From contig CAWGBA010000005.1 in assembly GCA_963820735.1 (NCBI GenBank), positions 8,560 to 72,559 of the forward strand: a DNA stretch of 64,000 bases, read 5' to 3'. The stretch is from an uncultured Chloroflexia bacterium (lineage in GTDB: Bacteria > Chloroflexota > Limnocylindria > Limnocylindrales > CSP1-4). Within the stretch, counting starts at the first letter, position 1; each line of letters begins with the position of its first letter. This document shows, in pieces, positions 1 to 10,025 of this stretch. Made by a program: the position numbers and the translations under genes. The notes under the pieces were generated by a model. It did not search any database. It saw only the letters and a program-made list of their open reading frames with translations, and was not told the origin of the DNA.

Positions 1-2
1 CC

Positions 3-1461
3 GGCGGACTGGTTACGCTCTCCGGACCCGTCAAGGCTAAAGACGTCAACGCGGTGGTGATCGCGAATCTGGCTTCCAGCGCGCACGTCTATGCCAGCGA
101 CGGTTCACTGAAGGGCGGGCTCAAAGACACGACGCCGCAACCCATTCCGGCGGAAGGTCTGGAACTTGGCGGGATCACCGCAAACAGCGAGTTAACGCTG
201 GATGACGGCAAGTCCCAGCGAGCGATCCCGATAGAGGTGGGCAACGCGCCCACGCTCACGATCTGGCTGGCGGGCGATCCAAATTTGGGAACGCTCGAGG
301 TGGAGGTTCGGCCGCCGGGAGCGCGAGAGGTCGCTCGATGGAGGCAAGTCGCGGACGCTTCGTTCGGGGAAGAACCGTGTTAGTTCGGAGCCTGGTCCAC
401 ACGTTCTGCATATTACGAAAGAAGGTTACGAGCCGGTCGACCGAACGGTGGAATTGAAGAAGGGCGGAACGCTGGCGCTGGGTGTGATTGAACTGAAGCA
501 GGTGGTGCTGAAGGCGTCCCTCGCGATTGAGGGCGCTACGCGGGAGGCGGAGGTTTTGATTGACGGCGCCTCGCGGGGACTCACGGGTGCCAATGGCGCC
601 CTGAGTTTGAATGACCTGTCGCCGGGAGAGCACACGATCACGCTGCGGAAGGCGGAGTTCGAGGATAAGCAAGTTTCGCGGGCGTTCACGGCCGGCCAGA
701 CGGTTCGCATCAACGGAGCTGACGGGACAGTTGATCTCGTCATTCGGCAGCCTTGAATTCCGGGTGACGCCGGCGAGCGCGAGCATTACTTACAAGCGGG
801 CGGACGAGGCGCAGGCGCACAGCGTCGAGAATGGCAGGAGTGTGCGCGTGAGGGCGGGGCGCTACGTGGTGACGGCGACAGCCGCGGGCCATCGGGAGCG
901 CCAGGGAACGGCGACGGTGGAGTTCGGAAAGTCGCTCGCCGATTGAATGGACGCTGGCACCAGTCGAAGAAACCAAGAAAGGCGACTCCGCCGCCTCCAT
1001 CGCCCTATTTTGAGGAGCCGGCCGTTTGGACCAAAGACGGCGCGTGGTGGACTCATAAGGGTGCCGGTGTGGCCTGGGTGCGGCGCAACCAGGGCGTGCA
1101 TGTAATCGAATTCCAGCGACAGGTTACTAAGATCGGACCCATCAAAAGAACGCGGCATGTGGAATGGGTGGTGGATCAGAAGGACGCGGCTAACCGGATC
1201 GAGTACTCATTCGACTTTGGGACTTTGGAGCGCCGGGTGATCGTGGATGGCAGGAGCGAGACCAGCAAGGTAAAACTGCCGCCCGGCGCCTCGCCCGGCG
1301 ACAGCTACACCATTCAAATCGATATCAGCCCGGAGCGGATCCTCATCAAAGATGCGCAGGGCAAGACGCTGGATCAATACCAGAGGCCGGATCGCACACA
1401 ACCGCTGGGTAAGTTTGGGTTCAAAGGCGACGTGGCGCTGGCGGTGAAGAAGACGGAGTAG
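3..1461 (+). CDS. 3' part of a large PEGA-domain protein with a LamG/DUF1080-like C-terminal module; interrupted by about three frameshifts
   Basis: Open from the window edge. Fragments 3-383, 448-756, 611-946 and 943-1461 read consecutively. PEGA-like segments are visible (HVLHITKEGYEPVDRTVELKKGG; GEHTITLRKAEFEDKQVSRAFTAGQTV; RAGRYVVTATAAGHRERQGTATVE), and the tail ends GKFGFKGDVALAV. Family call is from motif resemblance only. Confidence 0.5.
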
Positions 1462-1472
1462 CGGCTTCCTTG

Positions 1473-2186
1473 CTAGCGCAGGAACTTGCCGTGCACCTTG
1501 AATGACTTTCCTTCCTGAGCCAGGACTGACTGCGGAATATACAGAATAGTTTCCTTGCCGGATTTGGTGACTTCCCATCTTTCGTTGAAGCCGCCCGGGT
1601 TCCGGTGTTGAGCTGTGGGCAGGACGAACTCAAGCATGTGAATCGTGGTGTCATTCAATTGGCCCAGCGGGAAACCATGGCGGCCCCGTTGGTTTCGATC
1701 ATGGGGGATGAACCCAAATTCGTAGACGTCTACGATTTCGTAGATTTTTATTTTTGAGTTCTCCTGCCTGGTCACGATGACATCAAAATGTCCCAGTGAA
1801 TTCCTCAAATCGTAAAGCCCGGAATTGTAGGGGTTGAGGTTTGAGTGACGGCCGGGCTTCGCCTTGGTCGCGGTCACAATCCACTTCTGCCATGGCTCCG
1901 GTATGTCGACTAATTCGAAAGGTTCGCCGCTTCCCTCCACGTAATGTCTCAACAGCTGCGTGGAGTAAGGCGAGTCGGGCTTCAGCGGCAACAGGTCGAG
2001 GATTTCGAGTAACGTGGACTTACCGGTTCCGTATGCCGCCGCACCAAAGGATTTCACCGCCTCCTCGGTTCGATCCGCCTGGGTCCTCACCCAGCCCAGC
2101 AGCGGCGCGACGCTCCAGTCCGAATGTGCATTCGGATGCGGTGCGATTTCGGTGCCGTCGGGACCGGGCTTTCGTCTTGCTCCCAT
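1473..2186 (-). CDS. hypothetical protein (237 aa), no family recognised; carries a Walker-A-like AAYGTGKST
   Basis: Uninterrupted ORF. Its ATG at 2186 lies 12 nt after the tssK stop. It converges on the PEGA gene with an 11-nt gap. Hand counts of G+C in the 60-nt lines 1501-1860 give 23-35 per 60, against about 40 per 60 in a sampled tssK line. Confidence 0.55.
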   Translation of the reverse strand: MGARRKPGPDGTEIAPHPNAHSDWSVAPLLGWVRTQADRTEEAVKSFGAAAYGTGKSTLLEILDLLPLKPDSPYSTQLLRHYVEGSGEPFELVDIPEPWQKWIVTATKAKPGRHSNLNPYNSGLYDLRNSLGHFDVIVTRQENSKIKIYEIVDVYEFGFIPHDRNQRGRHGFPLGQLNDTTIHMLEFVLPTAQHRNPGGFNERWEVTKSGKETILYIPQSVLAQEGKSFKVHGKFLR

Positions 2187-2198
2187 GCGGCGTCGTCC

Positions 2199-3570
2199 TC
2201 ACTCCAGCACGATCAGGAGTTCCAACTTAGGGTCGACGATCTCGCCGGGGGCGTGGACCGCGATCTGGCGCGAGAGCATCATGGCGTTCCACAGTTCGCC
2301 TCCCTGGTTCAGGGCGAAATACTGATTGTCGAGCTTGACGGGAATCGCGGAAGGCGGCACCGGGACGTGGCGGAGCGACAGGCCGGGGAGCGCGTTGCGG
2401 ACGAGGCGCTGGATATCGTCCTGGGATGAGATTTTGACGAGGTACGGCACTTTGCGGATGATGTCGTCCACGCCCATCTTCGCGCTGACCGCGAGATAGA
2501 ATTGCGAGTCGCGGAAATACTGATCTTCGGTTACGGCGCCGCCCCAGACGAAGCGGTCCTTGACCTCCAGCGGGACGGACACGAACTTAGACGGAATCAC
2601 GGTTTCCATTAAGTCGCGGATGGCCTGATCGAGGAGGGTGAAGCAGCGGCCCAGATCGTCGTGGTCGTAATCGGGGAGGTTCTCGGGCCGCGCTTCGAGC
2701 GAAAAAGTGGAGAGCGCTCCGGCGAGCCGCAGCATGGCGACGTAGGCAGGTTCCGGGTGGCCCTTGCGCACCTTCCAGATGTGCTTCAGCTCGGGGAGAT
2801 AGGAGTTGACGGTGTGCAGCAGCCAGAAGTTGGCGGTTTCGGAGGGCGAGAATTCGGCGGTGATTTTGCCGCGCTGCCGGCGGGGACCCGAGAGCGAGCT
2901 GCTCTTGGTGGCGAGAATCTCGATCTGGCGGCGCAGCAATCCGCTGAGATAAGTGCTGGAGGCAAGATTCAGGCACGGCGCGATGAAACGCGGATTGAGG
3001 ATCGGAATGCCGGCGGCGTTGCGGGTTACCTGGGCGATGCGGAAGGACGAGAAGCCATCGCGGTATTCATCCTCGAAGAGGAGACGAAAGGTGCGACGCG
3101 CGACCTGCACGGGCTTCTCCTCGTTGCCCGTGTTTTCATCGGTGAACATGCGGGTTTCGGCGAGGTAGCGGGTGGTGGGCAGAGCGCCGGCGGACTCGTC
3201 CGTGTTCGGATTCCGGAATGCTGACATTGCGCGCGCGCGGGCGAATCTCGGGAATGGCGAGGAAGACGTCGAGCGACTCGCGGTTCGGCGGAAAATGGTC
3301 GGCGACGGCGCGCGACGGCGGCAATTCGTCGGTGTCCGGCATGTCGAAGGGTTCGCCGTCGGGCATGACGCCGGTGCATTTGGAGAGGCGGAACAGGCCG
3401 TTGCCGAGGGCGTCGGAATCGATGTCGAGCGCGGTGACGCCCCAGTTGGCAAATTGCGACGCCGCGAACCGGAACTGGAGGGCGTCCTCAAAAAACTGGT
3501 CCTGCGTCTGGAATTGCTGGGGCGTGAGAAACATCCCCTTGGTCCAGACGACGCGGTGCCGGTTTCTCAT
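2199..3570 (-). CDS. tssK: type VI secretion system baseplate subunit TssK (one frameshift near 3200-3230)
   Basis: The N-terminal fragment 3136-3570 begins MRNRHRVVWTKGMFLTPQQFQTQDQFFEDAL...PDGEPFDMPD, the characteristic TssK N-terminus. The C-terminal fragment 2199-3491 continues from TTRYLAETRMFTDENTG to the end. The two frames join at NVSIPE / NPNTDESAG. Confidence 0.85.
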
Positions 3571-3576
3571 GGTTGG

Positions 3577-4365
3577 TTACAGCTCCTGCCCGTGGCTGCG
3601 GAAGATGGCGGCGATCTGCTCGCGGAGCGGGTCCTTCAGATTTTGCACGGTGGCGAGATCGAGCACTTCGGAGAAACTGGCGCCGCCGGCGAGGCCGCTG
3701 GCGACGGTGACGAGGCTATCGGGCGGGCGCATGGTGGAGAAGGGCGCGGAGATGGTGACGAGCGGCAGATCGCCGGTTTCGGGCGACTGGCGGACCTCGA
3801 CGCGGTAGCGCAGTCCGGCGAGCAGTTCGGCGATGGCGGGGAATTTCGTGAAATGGAGGTGCATGAGGCAGGCGCGCAGGACGAAGGCGCGAACGGCTTC
3901 GGCGTCGCGCTCCTCCTGTCCGGCGAGGACCTGGCGGAGCATGGGGAGCGAGTAAGTGGAGGAGTAAGCGACGACCCAGGTGAGGGGCGAGGTGACTTTG
4001 ATGCTGCGCCAGCCGCGGTCGGTCTTGATCTGATGCAGGTATTCCCACTCGTAGAGCTGCATTTGGGTGGAGACGGACTCGAGGGGGACGGTGAGTTCCG
4101 GGCGGAGATCGAAGGGGCGTAGGGCGACCTTGCGATAGAGGTCGCGGAGTTCGGCGAGGGTGCGCTCGGAGCCGCCGACGGATTCGCGCTCGGCGCCTTC
4201 GATGGCGTCGCCGAGGATGCGGCGGGGACGGAAGAGGAGGGCCAAGGTGTCGAGGTAGGCGCGAAGCTGCTTCTGGCAGACCTTGGCGACGTCCTTGGTG
4301 AGGGTGTGGAGGTGGAGTAATTGCTCGACGTTGAGGGATTCGGCGGGTGCGGCCGGGTTATCCAT
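3577..4365 (-). CDS. hypothetical protein (262 aa) translationally adjacent to tssK
   Basis: Uninterrupted ORF. AGGAG lies 7 nt upstream of the ATG at 4365, and the stop is 6 nt before the tssK start. I saw no TM segment, lipobox or recognisable motif. Confidence 0.6.
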   Translation of the reverse strand: MDNPAAPAESLNVEQLLHLHTLTKDVAKVCQKQLRAYLDTLALLFRPRRILGDAIEGAERESVGGSERTLAELRDLYRKVALRPFDLRPELTVPLESVSTQMQLYEWEYLHQIKTDRGWRSIKVTSPLTWVVAYSSTYSLPMLRQVLAGQEERDAEAVRAFVLRACLMHLHFTKFPAIAELLAGLRYRVEVRQSPETGDLPLVTISAPFSTMRPPDSLVTVASGLAGGASFSEVLDLATVQNLKDPLREQIAAIFRSHGQEL

Positions 4366-4431
4366 GAGAGGCTCCTGGCATTAAAACATCCTGGGTAGAT
4401 ATTGTAGCTGATTCATTCAACACATGAGGAT

Positions 4432-5784
4432 TCACCGGCATCGGCGGCCGGCGAAGTACCACTCCCCGTCTTCAAAACCGGTGCTGCCGGTTTGACGCCA
4501 GGTAACTGCCTCCGCTAATTTATCGAGCTGACGGCGCACGGGCATATCCACCTCGAAGCCAAAATCGTTTTGATATCTGGTGGCGAGTTCTTCAGAACAA
4601 TATTGCCGCAGTTGGTGGGGAGTGCCCTCGGCCGTCAGCATCTCGATAAGCCCACCTGGGGAAAAGATCCCGCCATTACGATAGCGGACCCCGGGGCGTG
4701 AATCGGCCACCATTGGTATCCCACCAACGGCTCCACTCATCGGGGTCTCGCGACAGGCGCGTGACTGTCGATCCAAATGGTCTGCCGTCGCCGCGATCTG
4801 GCATTTTGCCCTGCTTGAACCCTTCGCGCTCGGAATGGACAATTCGTCTTCATCCATCTCGTCGGGGACGAAGACCGTTTCCTGAAGGCCGGCGCCGGTG
4901 AGACATTGGAGCGCGGTTGCAGCCGGGGCCGCGCTTCGGGGTTCCGCCAACTGCGTGAGAGGAACAGAGGAACGCTCCCCGGGTCGCCGAGCAATCCCAG
5001 CGCGGTCAGACAATCCGCGCTGCCGTTCTTGTCGGCAAGATCGGTGAGGGCGCGCAGGGCCTGGCGCCCGCCGACCAGGCCCAAGGGCACCAGGGGCCAA
5101 CTCTCGGAACCAGCCTGGTCGAGACAGGAATCGTGCACCATCGGCTCGCCAATGCGTGCCAGCGCCAATGCCGCGGCGGAGCGCACGGGCAGATCCTCGT
5201 TCGTCAAATAATCCAGCAGTGGACCGGCTGCAGGCATGTAAGCGATACGCCCCAAGGCCCAGACAATCTCCGGCAGGGCCGGCGGCGCACACCGCTTCAT
5301 GGCGCTCAACAACTCTGAACCGCATGGCAGCCGCCGGTAGCCGAACACGCGGGCCAGTATGGGTGCGAGCTTCGGGTCGCCGAATCCGAGCAGCGTCAGG
5401 AAATCCGGAACCCACCCTTCGGGGAAGCTCATACTTCAGCGCGTCTGCGATCGCGCCAGCCTTCTTGGTGTCGCCCGGGTCGGACTGCTCGAGAATGGCA
5501 AGCACTCGGTCTCGTTGATCTTGTCGGCAGAAGACACATACAGCGGCGTAAGAGCTCGCCGAAGTCCCCTTCCCCGGCGTGGCGCGCGCATACCTCCAAC
5601 GCCAGTCTGTCCCCGACCACCAGGCCGTCGATATGACCTTCCAGGCGTTCCTCGAATTCGCCGATCTTCTTCCAGGCAACCTCCGAATTCTGGTACAGAG
5701 TACGCCGCTGTTCTAGAGAAAAACGTGCTCCTCCAGGTACTCCTCGTAGAGTTCGATGAGAAAGGCTCGATAGGAAGTCGCCAT
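4432..5784 (-). CDS. HEAT/PBS-lyase-like repeat protein, broken by at least four frameshifts
   Basis: The ATG at 5784 gives MATSYRAFLIELYEEYLEEHVFL, followed by a stop. Reading continues through fragments 5429-5620, 4432-5679 and 4737-5432 (LPEIVWALGRIAYMPAAGPLLDYLTNEDLPVRSAAALALARIG; ALRALTDLADKNGSADCLTALGLLGDPGSVPLFL), then back to the 4432 frame for the C-terminus. Confidence 0.55.
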
Positions 5785-5791
5785 GTGAGGA

Positions 5792-6843
5792 TCACCGCAC
5801 CGCCGACGATGCGGGCGCCTCTTCAGGTCGAACCTGGATGGAGAGTATGTCGTGAGGGCCGTTCCTCACTGCAATATAGCCCCTCCATATAAGCAGTACG
5901 AGGGCATCATCGGTGTTGATGATGACCGTATCGAGGTTCGTCTGCACAATCGAATCGCGTCCTCCCTTGAGGTGGATGCGGCACTCCGGCGGGGGCAAGC
6001 CGGGAAGGTCAAAGGAGATCGTTCCTCCAGGCGACGCATTCCCGATCCACACCGCCTCATCGCCCTTCAGATAACCGGCGGCGATGAGTCCCGGTGAAGC
6101 AGCGTTGAAAAAACGGCGGTCGAAGTCTCTTGGGAGCAAGGGCATTCGCTCTTCTGTCCACCGTTCGTCGTAGGTCCCGGCGAATGGGCGCGCGGCTGCC
6201 AATCGGGTGACGTAAAGCCGAAACCCGCCGGCGCGACTCTTTGCCCGTAATCCCGGATCGAGTCTCCCGCATGCTCCAAGTTCGGCAACCGAATGCCATC
6301 TTCAAACCTCCCGCTCTTCGACCGGAAGCCGGTCCCTAGCGGATTGCGCGGCTCGAAGGCGTGCTTGTCCGGATCCGGATGGCTGCGGTCCCAACCACCG
6401 AAAGCACGTTCGTAAGTCAGTGGCATTCTTTCAAACGGTTCGGGAGCACTCATCGCGATCATGCCAAAGGATTTGATCCAGTACCGGTCGCCCGTAACGC
6501 GAACCGTTTGACGCAGCGCCCCCACCCTCAGGCTGACGTCCACCGCCGGCCGTCCCATCGAATACGCGTGACCGACCAAAACAACGTCGGTCGCAGGCTT
6601 TGTGAATGCGACCTGCGGCTCCAGTTTGAAACTTGACACGCCGGGTTCCCCCCAGTGTTCGCCGCCCAGCTTGATCTCCAGTTGCTCCTCGGCGGGAACA
6701 AGCCGATCCTGCAAAATCCGGAATGTGCTGCCTATGACCGGCACTACCAGTGGCTCCCCGTCCTCCGACTGGGAAAACAGAGGTGCGGCGCGGAGGTCAG
6801 CAGGACAGTCCACCTTTGGATGATTGGAGACCGAAGGCATCAT
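5792..6843 (-). CDS. DUF2169-family (T6SS-associated) protein, one frameshift near 6190-6200
   Basis: Tandem ATG ATG at 6843/6840 directly follows GGAGGA. The N-terminal part lies in ORF 6067-7377 (KLGGEHWGEPGVSSFKLEPQVAFTKPATDVVLVGHAY...RNPLGTGF). The C-terminal part is ORF 5792-6202 (RPFAGTYDERWTEERMPLLPRDFDRRFFNAASPGL). Confidence 0.7.
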
Positions 6844-6912
6844 TCCTCCGGGACGTCGACAGCCTCGGTCAGCCGCGCGATCGACGGACAGAAGAGATAG
6901 TCTGGCTCCGTC

Positions 6913-8001
6913 TTGAGAGCGTGGAGTGTGGCCAGACGCAGCACCGCGAGCCCACAGGCCAATGACCGTTCGGTCATCTTCATCTCGCACCGGATGATCG
7001 AGATCGCCTCGATCTGTGACCGTGCAACTGTCCTGCGAAACGGCGAGACCGTGGGTGTCGTCGACGTGGCTGCTGGATCCGAGAACAAGATCGTCGAGCT
7101 CATGCTCGGCGAGAACGCCGCAGCGGCAGGGCCGCGCGAGGCGTCTCCGGCCGCGATTGCCGGATCGCGCGGCACGACACCGCGAATCACCACCAGGAAT
7201 CTCGCCGGCGGACGCCAACTGCGCAATGCGACGCTCGACCTCTATCCGGGTGAGGTGCTTGGCGTGGTTGCTCTCGAGGACCAGGGACAGGAGGAGCTGT
7301 TCGAGATCCTGTCCGGTTCCCAGCGACCGTCTGGCGGCAACTTCCTCCTCGACGGCAAGCCAGTCACATTCCGCCATCCGGCCGACGCGATCCGGGCCGG
7401 CATCGTCTACGTCGCGGCGGACCGGGCGGACGCTCTGCTGATGCAGCGTTCGGTGCGCGAGAACATCTCGTTGCCGCTCACCGCGCGCATCTCTTCATGG
7501 GGCTGGATCAACCTCGGCCGCGAAGGGAAGATGGTCGACGGAGCCGTCGAGACGCTGCAGATCGACGCGCGCGCCGGAAGCGAGGTGCGTCGTTTGTCGG
7601 GCGGCAACCAGCAGAAGGTGACGATCGCGCGGTGGGTCGCACGCGGCGTCAAGACGATGCTCTGCTACGACCCGACACGCGGCATCGACATCCGCACCAA
7701 GGGCCAGATCTACGTGCTCCTTCGCGATCTCGCCGCCGCTGGGGCGGCGGTCCTCCTCTACACCTCCGAGCTGAAGGAGATTCAGCTCGCCTGCGATCGC
7801 GTCCTGGTCATCTTCGGCGGCGAGGTGGTCGCCGAGATGGCCGCCGCAGACGCAGACGAGGCGTCGCTCCTCCGCGCGGCCCACAACCTGAAACCCGACG
7901 AGAAGCTGCCGGAGCAGGCTGCGGCCGCGACCGCTGCAGCGAAGGCGTTGGTCGACGCGGCCGTCGACGATGCATCGACAAGCCTGGTTGGCCGGGCGTG
8001 A
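6913..8001 (+). CDS. sugar ABC transporter ATP-binding protein (RbsA/MglA type), 5'-truncated: only the tail of ABC domain 1 plus all of domain 2
   Basis: Recognisable homology starts about 6960 (SVIFISHRMIEIASICDRATVLRNGETVG). The second domain has LSGGNQQKV and a Walker B-like MLCYDPTRGID. The Walker A, Q-loop and signature motifs of domain 1 are absent, and there is no room for them before the DUF2169 start at 6843. Confidence 0.75.
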   Translation: MRAWSVARRSTASPQANDRSVIFISHRMIEIASICDRATVLRNGETVGVVDVAAGSENKIVELMLGENAAAAGPREASPAAIAGSRGTTPRITTRNLAGGRQLRNATLDLYPGEVLGVVALEDQGQEELFEILSGSQRPSGGNFLLDGKPVTFRHPADAIRAGIVYVAADRADALLMQRSVRENISLPLTARISSWGWINLGREGKMVDGAVETLQIDARAGSEVRRLSGGNQQKVTIARWVARGVKTMLCYDPTRGIDIRTKGQIYVLLRDLAAAGAAVLLYTSELKEIQLACDRVLVIFGGEVVAEMAAADADEASLLRAAHNLKPDEKLPEQAAAATAAAKALVDAAVDDASTSLVGRA

Positions 8002-9005
8002 CTGCTGCGACAGCGGCCGTTCCTCGGCGATCGAGCGCGGCCGACCAGGTGGGCAGGTGGGCGCGCGACAACGCATGGGTGATCGGCCTGCTCGGCTTCC
8101 TGACCGTGCTGTTCCTCTTCACCAAGTACGTCAACCCGAACTACAGCCTGGTCAGCCTCCAGGGCACGGCAACCTCCGTCATGCCGCTCGCATTGGCCGC
8201 GGCGGCACAGGCGATCATCGTCATCTCCGGTGGCATCGACCTTTCGATCAGCTCCCAGATGGCCCTCACGAGCTGTATCGCGGCGACGCTCATGAAGAGT
8301 CACCCGGGGGATGGGACGGCCGTCGGCATCATGATCCTGGTGCTGTTGGTCGGCCTGTTGCTTGGAGCGATCAACGGCGCGACGATCGTCCTCTCGAAGG
8401 TGCCAGACATCGTGGTGACCCTGGCCACCTCGTTCGTCTTCGCCGGGTTCGCGCTGCTCGTGACCGCAGCGCCCGGAGGTGCGGCGGCCGACTGGCTGAA
8501 GGGTCTCGTGGTCGGCCCGCTCGCCATCGAGGCCATTCCCAAGGCCGGGGTCGTGATCATCGTCATCGTTGCCCTGATCTGGATTCCGCTGTCGCGATCG
8601 AGGGTCGGACTCTCTCTCTACGCGATCGGCAGCAACCAGTTGGCGGCCTTTCGGAGTGGCGTTCCGGTCAAGAGAACGAAGGTGATCGCCTACATGCTGG
8701 GCGGCCTGGTCGCCGCATTCGCCGGTTTGTCATTGGTCGCCAGCACCGGCATCGGAACCCCCCTCCCGGAACCAACCTACGTGCTCATCAGCATCGCGGC
8801 GGTCGTGCTCGGTGGTGTCAGCCTGGCCGGTGGTGTGGGCGGCGTCTGGGGCCCGATCGTGGCCGTCGTCGTACTGCAGCTGATCCGTGACGACATGACG
8901 TTCATGCGCGTCGATCCCAACTACGGCCTCGTTGCACAGGGACTGATCCTGATCGGCGTGTTGATGGTTGGCAGCCTCGTCACGATGAGGAGGAGTCGCG
9001 CGTGA
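7998..9005 (+). CDS. sugar ABC transporter permease (RbsC-like)
   Basis: GTG at 7998 overlaps the upstream TGA (GTGA). The product is multi-TM with the typical ISGGIDLS motif. The 5' 167 codons of ORF 7497-9005 are an alternate-frame read-through of the ATPase gene. Confidence 0.85.
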   Translation: MTAATAAVPRRSSAADQVGRWARDNAWVIGLLGFLTVLFLFTKYVNPNYSLVSLQGTATSVMPLALAAAAQAIIVISGGIDLSISSQMALTSCIAATLMKSHPGDGTAVGIMILVLLVGLLLGAINGATIVLSKVPDIVVTLATSFVFAGFALLVTAAPGGAAADWLKGLVVGPLAIEAIPKAGVVIIVIVALIWIPLSRSRVGLSLYAIGSNQLAAFRSGVPVKRTKVIAYMLGGLVAAFAGLSLVASTGIGTPLPEPTYVLISIAAVVLGGVSLAGGVGGVWGPIVAVVVLQLIRDDMTFMRVDPNYGLVAQGLILIGVLMVGSLVTMRRSRA

Positions 9006-9997
9006 CCGCAGCAACCGGGACGGTGAACGGCAGGCCGTCAATCCGTCCGGCGGCGTGGCGCAACCTCTTCCGCGACTACCCGCTTGTGCCCCTGATCCTC
9101 CTGTTGTTCGCGTTGGTCGTCGTCGTCCAGCTGGCTCGTCCCGGCACGGTCAGCCCCAGTTGGGCGGCGTTCCAGACGCGCCAGGCGGCCGTGCTGATGA
9201 TCCTGGCCGGTTGCCAGACGCTGTGCATGCTGACCGGCGGAATTGACCTCTCGATCGGGTACGTGGCGTCGATGTCAGGCTTCGTCACCGCCACCTTCGT
9301 CCACCAGCCCGGTGGTTGGGTGCTGGGAATCGTGGTGGCGCTCAGCGCGGCGGCACTGGTCGGCCTCGTCAACGGGATCGGCGTCGGCATCTTCCGCGTG
9401 CACCCGCTGATCATGACCTTGGGCATGGGATTGGTCGTGTTCGGCTTCGTCAACGTGTGGCAGCTGCAAAGCGTCCAGACGGGCGCTGGCGTGCCGTCCG
9501 AGTTGCACACGATCGGTGCAGGGCTGACCGGGGGCCTGATCCCCAACGACCTGCTGGTCGTCGTCCCCGTGGCGATCGTTCTGATCCTGCTGCTGCGGCG
9601 CACCGGGTTCGGACGGATGCTGTATGCCGTCGGCGATAACCCGGTGGCTGCGCGCCTTTCGGGCGTTCGCTCCTGGCAGGTGCTGATCGTGCTGTACATG
9701 ATCTCAGCCGTGCTTGCCGGCATCGCGGGCCTTGTCCAGTCGGGTCTCTCGAACACGGCCAGCGTCACACTTGGCGTGCCATATCTCCTTCCGTCGGTCG
9801 CTGCGGCCGTCATCGGGGGGACCTCCATCATGGGCGGCCGCGGCGGCTACGCGGGCACGATCGTCGGCGCGCTCATCCTCACCGTTCTCACGGGCTTCCT
9901 GAGCATCGTCCTGCCCGAGCCGTGGAGGCAGGTCGTCTTCGGCAGCATCATCGTGATCGTCGCCGCGGCGTACACGCGGGTCACCGCGCAGTCCTGA
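9002..9997 (+). CDS. sugar ABC transporter permease (second RbsC-like subunit)
   Basis: GTG at 9002 overlaps the upstream stop. The product carries LTGGIDLSIGYV, a hydrophobic multi-TM profile and YAVGDNPVAARLSG. Confidence 0.85.
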   Translation: MTAATGTVNGRPSIRPAAWRNLFRDYPLVPLILLLFALVVVVQLARPGTVSPSWAAFQTRQAAVLMILAGCQTLCMLTGGIDLSIGYVASMSGFVTATFVHQPGGWVLGIVVALSAAALVGLVNGIGVGIFRVHPLIMTLGMGLVVFGFVNVWQLQSVQTGAGVPSELHTIGAGLTGGLIPNDLLVVVPVAIVLILLLRRTGFGRMLYAVGDNPVAARLSGVRSWQVLIVLYMISAVLAGIAGLVQSGLSNTASVTLGVPYLLPSVAAAVIGGTSIMGGRGGYAGTIVGALILTVLTGFLSIVLPEPWRQVVFGSIIVIVAAAYTRVTAQS

Positions 9998-10025
9998 GCG
10001 TTCGGCTCGACAGCGTCGCCGACGG

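Noticed and set aside
4366-4431. Canonical sigma-70 promoter in the AT-rich spacer upstream of ORF-262 (TTGAAT and TACAAT hexamers on the minus strand).
   Set aside because: The two hexamers are only 8 nt apart, so they cannot form a standard -35/-10 pair. The spacer may still hold a promoter, but I cannot define one from sequence.
6844-7377. N-terminal 178-aa extension of ORF 6067-7377, which would make a 436-aa DUF2169 protein spanning the junction.
   Set aside because: The extension is Arg/Gly/Asp-rich antisense read-through of the ABC ATPase gene. A tandem ATG with an adjacent GGAGGA at 6843/6840 marks the real start.
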